Origin: Pseudomonadota bacterium
Lineage (GTDB): Bacteria; Myxococcota; JACRCW01; JAFGSX01
Assembly (NCBI GenBank): GCA_043821645.1
Contig: JBDRCO010000042.1
Location: 1-64,000 of the forward strand
Reading direction: 5' to 3'
DNA length: 64,000 bases
The translations under genes were made by a program, and so were the position numbers. This document shows positions 43,799-53,260 of the stretch, piece by piece; position 1 is the stretch's first letter; every line of letters begins with the position of its first letter. The notes under the pieces are model-generated. The model was not told where the DNA came from and made no database searches. It saw only the letters and a program-made list of their open reading frames with translations.

Positions 43799-46468
43799 AT
43801 GCGACCTGCGCCTGGCGACCGCTGCTGGTGTCACGACCTGCGCTTGTCCGTCGTGGCGATGCTGGCCACGAGCCTGCTCGGCGCCTGTCCACCGCCGCGC
43901 AGCGGACCCTGCGAACGGGACATCCACTGCGGCTCGACCCAGCTGTGCCGCGAGGGCTTCTGCGTCGACGCGGCCGGCCAGCGCCAGGACCTGCAGGTGT
44001 CGGGTTCGCACCTGGTCTACCGTCACGACCTGGGCCGCATCGATCTGTACCGCGACGACGGGGCCGAGATCCTGCGCGGTGCCGGTGCCCTGGCCACCGC
44101 GGACAGTCTCGATGACTTTGCACGGCTGTTCTCGCTGGATCGCGCGCCCACGCGACAGGTGCAACGCGAGGGCGTGATCACGGACCTGGGGCCTGCCCAG
44201 CGTCTGACCATCTCCGCTCCCGGTGACGACGAGAGGCCAGGCCTGCGCTGGATCATCGACGCGCACGTGGTGCCGGGTTTCTTCACCTTCAGCCTCGAGC
44301 TGACCAACACCACCCCACAGACTCTGGCTCTCGCGCGGACCCAGCCGCTGTGCCTGCGTCCTGGCGGTGGGCTGTTCCTGGGACAGGATCCCGCGCGCCA
44401 CCGCGTGCTCGAGAACGGCGCGTACACGGTCAAGGACTCCCACGTCGCCATCGTGCCCGGCGACCTTGCGCGCAACGACCTGCTGGGCACCCTGATCCCC
44501 GGCAACTACGCAGGTCATTCGGTGTCGAGCTGGAACCACAGCGTCGTCGACCTGGACGGACCTGCGGTGTGGATCGCGGGTGCGCTCAGCTTCGACAACT
44601 CGTCGCCGGTGATGAACCTGGCCGCCCGGGCGCAGGGCCCTGTGGTCGCCGGGGACGGACGGCAGGGCTTCGACGTGCTGAGCCTGGACTCGGTGTACCT
44701 GCCCGAGCTCAAACCCCTGGCACCGGGCGAGAGTTTCGCGTCCGAACGCTTCTACGTGCACCCCGGCGAGCGCGATGCCCTCGCCGGCCTCGAGCACTAC
44801 GCCGACGCCCTCAAGCGCTCCCTGGACGTCACCCTGTGGACCGAGCGCCGGGCGGGCAACCGGGTGCCCAATGGCTGGAACTCCTGGTCGGGCTCGGGCG
44901 GCAGCGGCGGTTACGGCACGGACATCAACGAGGAGCTGATCCTGGCCAACTGCGACGCCATGGCGCGCGAGCTGCGCGACTGGGGCATGGACTGGTTCCA
45001 GATCGACGATGGCTACGAGCCCCACTACGGTGACTGGACCTGGCGCAGCGATCGCTTTCCCCACGGCGCGCGCTGGCTCAGCGACGAGATCCGGGCGCGC
45101 GGCTTCAAGCCAGGTCTGTGGATCGCGCCGCTCACCCTGGACGCCGATTCCCGGACCGTGGCCGAGCACCCGGACTGGATCGCCGACAGGAGCACCCTGG
45201 GCACCGTGCTCGCCAGCGGCTACGAACTGCTCGATCTGACCCACCCCGAGGTGCAGGAGTGGCTGCGGCAGCTGTTCCGCACCTTCCGCCAGGACTGGAA
45301 CTACGACTGGCTCAAGATGGACTTCTCGTACTGGGCCCTGCTGGGCGCTGGCTTTCACGACGCCACGGTCACCCGCGAGCAGGCCTACCGGCAGACCCTG
45401 CGCCTGATCCGGGAGGCCATAGGCGACGACACCTTCTTTCTCGCGGTGTCGGCCATGGGGCCACACTACGGACTGGTCGACGCGGATCGCATCACCCTGG
45501 ACAACATGCCCATCTGGGACTGGGCACCGCAGATAGGCGACGACGAGGTGCTGGACCAGCAGGGGTTCAAACCCACCCTGCGCACCGTGAGCCGACGCTA
45601 CTACCTGCACAACAAGGTCTGGCTCAACCACCCCGATCTGATCTTCTTTCGCTCCAACCCCCTCGACCCGAGCTGGCCGCGGGTGACCTTGAGCGAGGCG
45701 CAGGCTTTTGCCAGCTTCGTCGCCTTGTCGGGCGGTATCGTCAAGCTGGGCGACCGCCTGGTCGACCTCACCGCCGAGCAGATCAACACCGTGCGCACCC
45801 TGCTGCCCATCTACGGCCAGGCCGCGCGGCCCCTGGATCTGTTCCACCGCGAGTTTGCCGAGACCTTTCACCTGCGCGTGGACGCGCCCCTGGACGGCTA
45901 CGACGAGACCTACGACCTGGTCGGGCTGTTTCACTGGGGTCGCAACTGGGACCTGGACCACGAACCGCCGCTGGAGCGGGTCGACGACGGAGAGGAGCGT
46001 CACGTCGTGCTCGACCTGGTCGACCTGGGCCTGGATCCCGGGCTTCGCTACCACGCCTACGAGTTCTGGACAGGGACGTATCTGGGACAGGTGCAGGGGC
46101 GTTTGATCACCGATGTGCCCTCGCACAGCGCGCGCGTCATCGCCCTGCGAACGGCCATCGACAGGCCGCAGTTCGTGGGCTGGAACCGCCAGATCACCAT
46201 GGGCGGCACGGTCCTCGGCCGTGTCACCTGGGACGCCGCGTCGCGCCTGTTGCACACGCGCATGCAGGTCGCTGCAGACTCGATCCTGGCGCCCTTCGTG
46301 GTCGAGCTGGCCTATCACGTCGGCCCGGGTCGCCGCGTTGCCGAGCTTCGCAGCAGCGGAGCCCGGGTGCAGGATCTCGAGGCCACGATCGAGGGCGGGG
46401 TGCTGCGCGTGCGCTTCAGGGCGCGGCAGACCGGGCCGCTCGAGCTCTTCGTCCGCTTCGAGTCCTGA
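43799..46468 (+). CDS. GH36-like alpha-galactosidase, lipoprotein
   Basis: Lipobox LGAC; GWNSW, QIDDGY, RFP-x-G, PGLWIAP, LDLTHP, LKMDF. The ORF-track start at 42836 is an upstream extension overlapping the MFS gene. Confidence 0.85.
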   Translation: MRPAPGDRCWCHDLRLSVVAMLATSLLGACPPPRSGPCERDIHCGSTQLCREGFCVDAAGQRQDLQVSGSHLVYRHDLGRIDLYRDDGAEILRGAGALATADSLDDFARLFSLDRAPTRQVQREGVITDLGPAQRLTISAPGDDERPGLRWIIDAHVVPGFFTFSLELTNTTPQTLALARTQPLCLRPGGGLFLGQDPARHRVLENGAYTVKDSHVAIVPGDLARNDLLGTLIPGNYAGHSVSSWNHSVVDLDGPAVWIAGALSFDNSSPVMNLAARAQGPVVAGDGRQGFDVLSLDSVYLPELKPLAPGESFASERFYVHPGERDALAGLEHYADALKRSLDVTLWTERRAGNRVPNGWNSWSGSGGSGGYGTDINEELILANCDAMARELRDWGMDWFQIDDGYEPHYGDWTWRSDRFPHGARWLSDEIRARGFKPGLWIAPLTLDADSRTVAEHPDWIADRSTLGTVLASGYELLDLTHPEVQEWLRQLFRTFRQDWNYDWLKMDFSYWALLGAGFHDATVTREQAYRQTLRLIREAIGDDTFFLAVSAMGPHYGLVDADRITLDNMPIWDWAPQIGDDEVLDQQGFKPTLRTVSRRYYLHNKVWLNHPDLIFFRSNPLDPSWPRVTLSEAQAFASFVALSGGIVKLGDRLVDLTAEQINTVRTLLPIYGQAARPLDLFHREFAETFHLRVDAPLDGYDETYDLVGLFHWGRNWDLDHEPPLERVDDGEERHVVLDLVDLGLDPGLRYHAYEFWTGTYLGQVQGRLITDVPSHSARVIALRTAIDRPQFVGWNRQITMGGTVLGRVTWDAASRLLHTRMQVAADSILAPFVVELAYHVGPGRRVAELRSSGARVQDLEATIEGGVLRVRFRARQTGPLELFVRFES

Positions 46469-46475
46469 AACAGAC

Positions 46476-47360
46476 CTATCCTTCGAGCCCCTGTTCGTGC
46501 AGCCAGCCGGAGATCTCCCGGGCCACCCACGCCGGCTGCTCCAGGTGCGGGTTGTGACCGCAAGCCTCGACCACGCAGGCGCGCGCCCGGGGCAGACTGT
46601 CGACGAGCCGCTGTCCCAGCGCCGACGGATGCACCCGGTCCCCATCTCCGTACACCACCAGCGCGGGGGCCTGCACCCGACCGAGCCAGGCGTTCATGTC
46701 GGCGCGAAAGGCCGCGGCCACCCCCATCCGGGTGGCGGCCGTCCAGCCGCCCGCAGCGTCGAGGTGGGCCAGGCTGAGCCGGGCCATGGCGCGGGCCTGC
46801 TCGGGCTTGGTGCCGTGGTAATTGCCCAGCATCGCGGGTACCACCAGGGGGCGTCCCAGGGTGCGGAAGAACAGCTTGAAGACGCCCGGGTGACGCGCCG
46901 CCGGCGCCAGGATCTTCGGCAGTGGCGTCGAGAAACACAGCGGCGCCAGCAGCACCAGTGCCGCGACACGATCCGCTGCGTGGGCCGCCAGGTGCAGGGC
47001 CACGGCCCCGCCCAGGGAGTGTGCGACCAGGATCGCGCGTTCGATGCGCAGCGCGTCGAGCAGCTCCACGGTGCGGTCGCGCAGCCAGGGCACATCGTAG
47101 GGCGCCTGCGAGGGGCGATCCGAGTAGCCGCAGCCCGGCAGGTCCGCGGCGATGCTGCGCCTGGCCCCGTGTTCGCCCAGGGCGTCGCGCAGCGGCTGCC
47201 ACACGTGACTGGCTGCCAGGTAGCCATGCAGCATCAGCAGCGGAAGGCCGCCGGCGTCGGGGTGATCCTCGACCAGGTGCCAGCGCACAGCGGCGGCTTC
47301 AACCTGCGTGCCCGGTGCCGCAGGTCGTGACGGGAACAGATCCGCGGCTGCGGACCACAT
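46476..47360 (-). CDS. Alpha/beta hydrolase
   Basis: LHGY, DLPGCGYS, AHSLGG, GDGD, CGHNPHLE. Confidence 0.85.
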   Translation of the reverse strand: MWSAAADLFPSRPAAPGTQVEAAAVRWHLVEDHPDAGGLPLLMLHGYLAASHVWQPLRDALGEHGARRSIAADLPGCGYSDRPSQAPYDVPWLRDRTVELLDALRIERAILVAHSLGGAVALHLAAHAADRVAALVLLAPLCFSTPLPKILAPAARHPGVFKLFFRTLGRPLVVPAMLGNYHGTKPEQARAMARLSLAHLDAAGGWTAATRMGVAAAFRADMNAWLGRVQAPALVVYGDGDRVHPSALGQRLVDSLPRARACVVEACGHNPHLEQPAWVAREISGWLHEQGLEG

Positions 47361-47361
47361 C

Positions 47362-48729
47362 CTAGGCGGCGCTCTCCGAATCGTGGCAGGCGCAGGGGGC
47401 GCTCGACGCCACCGCGGTGGATTTCTCGCGCAGCTCGAGCAGGCGCTCCCAGCGCACGGGCAGTGGCTCCCCGGGGGGCACCAGGTCCACGCTGCGGGCG
47501 CGGAAGCAGGCGTCCTGCATCCGGCAATGCCGCGCTTGCTGGCCCCACTCGTCGCTGCCGCGCATGCGATCCCAGATCGTCTCCAGCCGCTCGTCGGCCA
47601 GGTTGCCAAAGGTCACCGGGGTGAAGTCACAGGGGCACACGTCGCCCGAGGCCGAGACGTAGCACTGGTAGAAACCCGCGAAGCAGCCGAAGCCATCTGG
47701 GGAATTGATCCAGGACTGCCCCATGACGCCGGGTCCGCCCGGGGTGGCATTGACCTCCATGGTGCGGCGGCGCAGGTAGTCGCGGTCCTGCAGGGTCAGC
47801 AGGTGCCTCAGCTCGTCGTCGCGCATGGCACCTGAGGGCACCGCGTCGAACAGGAAGAGCTGGTGCGCGCCACGCTCGGTGGTGAGCTGCAGCATGCGGT
47901 CGAACAGACCCGCGCTCACACCCTCGTGCGACACGTAGGACGAGATGCCGACCAGGGAGCCCGCCTCGAGCAATGCCTCGATGGCCCGGGTGGTCTCGGC
48001 GAAGGAGCCAGGGTGACGTCGGTAGCGATCGTGGCTCTCGGGGTCCGGCCCATCCACGCTGACCAGGGCCGCGTTGAGCCCGGCGGCCCGCAGCTCACCG
48101 GCGAAGGCGCGATCCAGGCGTGCGCCATTGGTGAACATGCTCACGGCGGCCTTGTCCCGCGGCACATGAGCGACCAGGTCGAGCAGGCGTGGATACAGCG
48201 TGGGTTCGCCACCGGTGAGGACGATGGAGGCGGCACCCATGGCCAGCGCCTGGTCGAACAGATCGATGAGCTGCTCGTGGCGCAGCGCCTTGCGGCCACT
48301 CTTCATGTAGTCCCGCGCCGAGCAGTGCATGCAATCGCAGTGGCAGGCGTGGGTGATGGCGATGACCGCACTGATGGGTCGCGCCGGCCGCTTGAGCAGG
48401 TGAAAGCTCGCGCCCATCTCGAGCACGCGCTGGTTGGCCTCGGAGTAGAGTGGCGCCTGGGTCAGATCGTACGCAGGCAGACCGTTGACCAGGGCCAGGG
48501 GCTTGAAGCTCGCCAGCTTGTTGTTGAAGCGCTTGAGGTATTCGCGAAACAAGGCGGCCTTGAGTCCGTGGGCACGCTGCACGCCGGGATAGTGCAGCTC
48601 AGGAAGGGTTTGCTGATCAAGCTGCGCAAAGAAATCCATGCCGTCTTCTATCTCGTCGACAGGGCCTTTGTCATGCGCTCGCGCCCGCATGGCATCTGGG
48701 TGTGGGGGTATGTCCCACCTTTCATGCAT
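47362..48729 (-). CDS. Radical SAM protein with SPASM/twitch-type tail
   Basis: CHCDCMHC (CxxxCxxC), TGGEP, TNG, SVDG, GCFAG..GDVCPCDF. GGAGG RBS before ATG 48729. Confidence 0.9.
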   Translation of the reverse strand: MHERWDIPPHPDAMRARAHDKGPVDEIEDGMDFFAQLDQQTLPELHYPGVQRAHGLKAALFREYLKRFNNKLASFKPLALVNGLPAYDLTQAPLYSEANQRVLEMGASFHLLKRPARPISAVIAITHACHCDCMHCSARDYMKSGRKALRHEQLIDLFDQALAMGAASIVLTGGEPTLYPRLLDLVAHVPRDKAAVSMFTNGARLDRAFAGELRAAGLNAALVSVDGPDPESHDRYRRHPGSFAETTRAIEALLEAGSLVGISSYVSHEGVSAGLFDRMLQLTTERGAHQLFLFDAVPSGAMRDDELRHLLTLQDRDYLRRRTMEVNATPGGPGVMGQSWINSPDGFGCFAGFYQCYVSASGDVCPCDFTPVTFGNLADERLETIWDRMRGSDEWGQQARHCRMQDACFRARSVDLVPPGEPLPVRWERLLELREKSTAVASSAPCACHDSESAA

Positions 48730-48910
48730 TATCCTCCACCGTGCGTGCGCCCTCGATTTCCTGCAGCAGTTGTCCCCGCTGCGGCCGTCCTGGCTAGCCC
48801 ATGGCCGCACACGGACGGCATTTTCCGCAATGCGCCTTACATTTCCAGGGGCCGACGCGCAGCCACGCGAGAGATGGGGTAGAGTGGAAACAGGTGGGGG
48901 CGGAGCGCAG

Positions 48911-50380
48911 ATGACGGATCCTGCTCTCGCCGAGGCCGTCGAGCCGACGGCGAACGATACCTCCGACATTGCCCTGGTGCTGCGCAACGCCCAGCACCAT
49001 TTCAAGCAGGCGGCGCATACCCTGCGACGCATCCGTCGCGACTACGGCGAGGACGTGCTGCTCCGGGTGGACCTGTTCGCAGATCCTCCAGCCCTGGTGC
49101 TGTGTCTGCTGCACTTCGCGCCCCACAGCCTCGACGACAGGGTGATGACCGAGCTGCAGGAACTGGCCCGCATGAGTGCGCTGCGGGTGCTGAAGCTCTC
49201 GAGCTTGACCCCGGACAGGCGGGAAGACTTCTACCAGCGGCAGCTCGGGCGCTTCGCGGTGCAGGAGCTCGAGGTCGCCGACATGGACACGGCACTCGCC
49301 GTCGTCGAAGGAGCCCTGCGCGACGCCATGGCGCAAGATCAGGAGGCGCTGGCGTGCCCGCGCCTCGAGCGCCACTTCGTCGACGTCGATGCTTTTCTGG
49401 CGGCCTACAGCGGCCGCTCCACGGACCCGGACCTGTTCCTCGACGAGGTTGGCGACCTGATCGAGGGGCAGCGCGTGACCGTGCAGCTTCGCGTCGGTGA
49501 GCGCCTGGGCCCCATCGAGCTGTCGGCCAGGATCCAGCATGTGGGCGGGAATCCGGCGAACACGGGAGGCATGCGCCTGGGCCTGCGCTTGTTGTTGCCC
49601 CCCACCGAGCAGATCGCCTGGGAGGCTTTTCTCATCGCGGCCATGCGCAACGAGTCGTGGCCTGGCCTGTCCGGTCGCCGCTACGAGCGCTTCCCGGTCG
49701 AGCTGCGGGTCGACTACACCGTGGAGCAGGAGCCGCGGCGGGAGGTGGTGCGCAACCTGAGCCGGGGCGGGTTCTTCCTCGACAGCTTCGATCCGCCTCC
49801 CCTCGGCGAGACCCTGGACCTCGCGCTGTACACGCCGGGCAGCGAGCAGCCCACCATGCTGCGCGGCCGGGTGGTGTGGTCGCGGCGTGCGGACCGGGCT
49901 GGCTCCAGTGGCCTGCCTGTGGGGGCGGGCATCGAGTTCGTGGATGATCCGCAGCGCATCGACGAGGCGGTGAGCGCCTTGCTGCAGCCCTTCGTGCGCA
50001 ACACGGTGCGGCGGGTGCTGCTGGCCGACGACGATCGCTTCTACCGGGCTCTGCTCGGGCACACGCTGCACCTCGCTGGACTGGCCGTGCTCCAGGCCAC
50101 AGACGGAGACGAGGCTTTTCGCCTGGTGCTCGACGAACTCATGGATCTGGACCTCATCGTGCTCGACCTGTACATGCCGGGCATGCCGGTGCCCGAGCTG
50201 CTCGAGGCGATTCGCGACATCCGCACCGACAGACAGATCCCCGTACTCGTCGTCACCGGCGCCGAGGTCGAACCGGCGCTCCAGCAGAGCCTGGCGGCGC
50301 TGGGCGTGCGGGCCGTGCTGTCCAAGACCGCGTCCGGCGAGGTGCTGCTGAAGAAGATCGAGGACGTGCTCGCGGGCTGA
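48911..50380 (+). CDS. PilZ-domain plus receiver-domain signalling protein
   Basis: RRYER..NLSRGG PilZ motifs; C-terminal LADDD..LDLYMP..K receiver domain. Confidence 0.85.
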   Translation: MTDPALAEAVEPTANDTSDIALVLRNAQHHFKQAAHTLRRIRRDYGEDVLLRVDLFADPPALVLCLLHFAPHSLDDRVMTELQELARMSALRVLKLSSLTPDRREDFYQRQLGRFAVQELEVADMDTALAVVEGALRDAMAQDQEALACPRLERHFVDVDAFLAAYSGRSTDPDLFLDEVGDLIEGQRVTVQLRVGERLGPIELSARIQHVGGNPANTGGMRLGLRLLLPPTEQIAWEAFLIAAMRNESWPGLSGRRYERFPVELRVDYTVEQEPRREVVRNLSRGGFFLDSFDPPPLGETLDLALYTPGSEQPTMLRGRVVWSRRADRAGSSGLPVGAGIEFVDDPQRIDEAVSALLQPFVRNTVRRVLLADDDRFYRALLGHTLHLAGLAVLQATDGDEAFRLVLDELMDLDLIVLDLYMPGMPVPELLEAIRDIRTDRQIPVLVVTGAEVEPALQQSLAALGVRAVLSKTASGEVLLKKIEDVLAG

Positions 50381-50474
50381 GTGCCCGCAACCAGCGCGCG
50401 ATGCTTCGCGCTGGGCAGCCCACAAGCGTTCTGGCAAGCTCCTATGACGGGAGAATGCAGTACGCGAGCAGGTC

Positions 50475-51125
50475 ATGGTGAAAAAAGCAGCGGTTTCTTC
50501 TGCCCGACGACGGCCAGGCCGCCCACGGCATCCCGTGACCCGCGAGCAGCTCCTCGCGGCGGCGCGTACCGTGTTTGCCGAGCAGGGTTTTGCCGCGGGA
50601 TCCATGACCAGCGTGGCCGAGCAGGTCGGCATCCGCAAGGCCTCCCTGTTTCACCACTTCGCCAGCAAGGATGCGCTGTACCAGGAGGTCATGACAGCCA
50701 CCCTTCTCGAGCTCGGCCAGCTTCTGGCGCGGGTGAGCGACAGTCTGACGGGCGATTTTGGGCAGCGGCTCGATCTCTTGACGCGCGAACTCAATGCCTA
50801 CCTGGGTGAGCACCTCGAGGTGACGCGCCTGCTGTTCCGCGATCTGCTGTTCGACGGTCCCTTCTTTGCTGGCCGCGGTCGCCAGCTGGTGATGCAGGTG
50901 TTCCAGGGCACCGTGCAGTTCTTCGAGCGGGACATGGACTCAGGAGTGCTCCCTCGCCAGGACGCTCGCCACCTGGTGCTGACCATGCTCGGCGTGCACT
51001 TCACCTACTGGGCCGCAGAGGTCCTGCGCCGCGAGGCCTTCGGGGACACCGAGGACGGTGGTGTTTTGCAGCGCGCCGAGGTGGTGCGCCGGCAGGTGCG
51101 CTGGATGTGCGGCCTGCCTGCCTGA
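50475..51125 (+). CDS. TetR/AcrR family regulator
   Basis: VFAEQGF..VAEQVGIRKASLFHHFASK. Confidence 0.92.
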   Translation: MVKKAAVSSARRRPGRPRHPVTREQLLAAARTVFAEQGFAAGSMTSVAEQVGIRKASLFHHFASKDALYQEVMTATLLELGQLLARVSDSLTGDFGQRLDLLTRELNAYLGEHLEVTRLLFRDLLFDGPFFAGRGRQLVMQVFQGTVQFFERDMDSGVLPRQDARHLVLTMLGVHFTYWAAEVLRREAFGDTEDGGVLQRAEVVRRQVRWMCGLPA

Positions 51126-51193
51126 TCCGGCCAAATCTCCTGCTTCCATACTACTATGAGCACGCAAGTGTTGTTGCGCGCAGGAGACCCATC

Positions 51194-53248
51194 ATGCCCA
51201 TGAAGATCCGAGACACCGCTCGTCGCCTGGTCCAGGACGGACAGCTCGATCGCCAGGACGTGGCCAAGATCGTCGACTCGGCCAAGGACTGGGGCATGGT
51301 CACGCGCGCCGAGAAGAGCGAGCTGAAGAACCTGCTGACCCAGTACGCGGACAAGTTCACCCCCGAGGCCAGGCAGGATCTGGAGCGCTACCTGGGGCTG
51401 CCCGGGTCGCCGAGCACGCCCTCGACACCGACCGTGCCGGGGAGCCCAGCGCCGACCTCGAGCCGCAGCCTGGGGACCAACCCGGGTGGCGAAGCCGTGG
51501 TGCTCAAGGGCGGGCTCTTCGTGGCCACTGCCGACGCCCCGCTGCCGAACACCGCGGTCGAGCTGGGCGACAGCCTGTACCGCGCCGCGTCGCTGATCGC
51601 GGCCTCGGATCCCAAAACCAACGTTTTCGCCGGGCTGTCTCTCGACGAGAAGAAGGCCGTGTTCGGTCAGCTGCAGGCCAGCCTGCTCAAGGCGCCACCT
51701 GACACCGATATCCCTCAGGGTTTTCAAGACGCCCTGCAGCCGCGCCAGCTGCGCTCGTCGGCGGCCACCGCCATGCTCGAGCTCATGCGCTCCTGCGACA
51801 AAAGCCAGCCCGAGGAGCGGCTGCTGCAGGACAGCGCGCTCAAGACCTATGCGGCCATGGCCGAAAAGGAGACGGCGTCCATCCTGCGCGACTCCATGGT
51901 GTTTCAGCTGCACAACAACAAGGACTGCCTGGCCAATGCCGACCAGCGCGAGCTGAGCGACCGCCTCATGCGTCTGTTCGCGCCGACCCAGCCGCCCTAC
52001 GACGAGTGGTTCGCGAACGGCAACAAGCAGCTCAATGTGGTGTGCCACACCGGCGGCGAGTTCTTCGACGGCGAGGTGCGGCGCTGGAAGGGCTCGGGCT
52101 TCAAGGAGGTCGGCACGGCCTCGTCGAGCCAGGTGGAGCTGGAGAAGACCTTCGAGCGCAACGGCGTCGAGACCACCGTGCGCCTGACCATGGTCAACGG
52201 CTCGGGGGGATCCTTCGACAAGATGGATGATCCGAACACGCACATCGTCGCGTACTCGGGCCACGCGTCGTGGGGCAAGACCGTGCCGCGAGAGATGCGC
52301 GGCGCGCCGGAGCAGGCTGGGGCCAAGCTGATGCTGGTTAACCAGTGCTGCGGCCGCGGCTCCATCAACAAGTTCAAAGACAAGTACCCCGAGTCCCAAC
52401 TCATCACCACGCGCAACTCCAGCTACGAGCACGAGGACTTCAACACCTTCAGCAAGACCATCCAGGGTATCGCCGAGCGCAAGAGCTGGGCCGCCATCAG
52501 CAACGAGATCCGCGGCGATCGCTACAGCAACAGCCGCGACAACTACTACTTCCCGTCGGACGCCATGTTGCGCATGCGCGCCCTGGACCGCGACCACGAC
52601 GGCGTGCAGGACATCGTCGACAGGCTGGTCAGCTTCAACACCTTCAACGTGGCCGAGGACACTGCGCGCGAGTTCACGCCGCGCGATGCGGGTCAGCCCG
52701 CGGATCGCCTCGACGGCACCAAGGTGCACGAGGCGGCCCAGATCATGAACACCACGACCCACTTCTCGGACTTCACCGAGCACCACGGCACCGGCGAGTC
52801 CTTTTACGGTGCGGGCTTCTTTGCGCCCAAGGGCGACGACGACCCCATGGTGCGCATCACCTCCGACCGCCTGGGTGGCATCCAGAGTTACAGGGTCGAG
52901 GTCAATGCCCGCCACGCCCACGCCAGCGAGGAGGCCATCAAGGCCGAGGCCTTCTTCACCCTGGCGCACACCCCGCCCATCAAGGTTGCCAGCGACAGCA
53001 GCGTCGACACCTGCCTCAAGGGGCTGATCCTGGCCGCGCACTCCCTCGACGTGGACTCGGGTTACCGCGACGACGAGATCTTCAAGGGCCTGCTCAAGAA
53101 GCACGGCCTGCCCGAGATCGACCTGTGGACGGTCAAGCCCTGCGTCGAGCTCAACCACGTCTACGCCGGCAGTGACGCTTCCATTCGCAAGCTGCGCGAG
53201 AAGCTCGGCCCCCAGAAGCTGGACGAGCTCAAGGCCGCGCTGGGGTAG
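51194..53248 (+). CDS. Hypothetical protein, possible clan CD cysteine peptidase
   Basis: GGAGA RBS; helical N-terminal domain, Pro/Ser/Thr linker, VAYSGHA..LMLVNQC, DRDHDG motif. Confidence 0.75.
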   Translation: MPMKIRDTARRLVQDGQLDRQDVAKIVDSAKDWGMVTRAEKSELKNLLTQYADKFTPEARQDLERYLGLPGSPSTPSTPTVPGSPAPTSSRSLGTNPGGEAVVLKGGLFVATADAPLPNTAVELGDSLYRAASLIAASDPKTNVFAGLSLDEKKAVFGQLQASLLKAPPDTDIPQGFQDALQPRQLRSSAATAMLELMRSCDKSQPEERLLQDSALKTYAAMAEKETASILRDSMVFQLHNNKDCLANADQRELSDRLMRLFAPTQPPYDEWFANGNKQLNVVCHTGGEFFDGEVRRWKGSGFKEVGTASSSQVELEKTFERNGVETTVRLTMVNGSGGSFDKMDDPNTHIVAYSGHASWGKTVPREMRGAPEQAGAKLMLVNQCCGRGSINKFKDKYPESQLITTRNSSYEHEDFNTFSKTIQGIAERKSWAAISNEIRGDRYSNSRDNYYFPSDAMLRMRALDRDHDGVQDIVDRLVSFNTFNVAEDTAREFTPRDAGQPADRLDGTKVHEAAQIMNTTTHFSDFTEHHGTGESFYGAGFFAPKGDDDPMVRITSDRLGGIQSYRVEVNARHAHASEEAIKAEAFFTLAHTPPIKVASDSSVDTCLKGLILAAHSLDVDSGYRDDEIFKGLLKKHGLPEIDLWTVKPCVELNHVYAGSDASIRKLREKLGPQKLDELKAALG

Positions 53249-53260
53249 GAAGCGTCCCGC

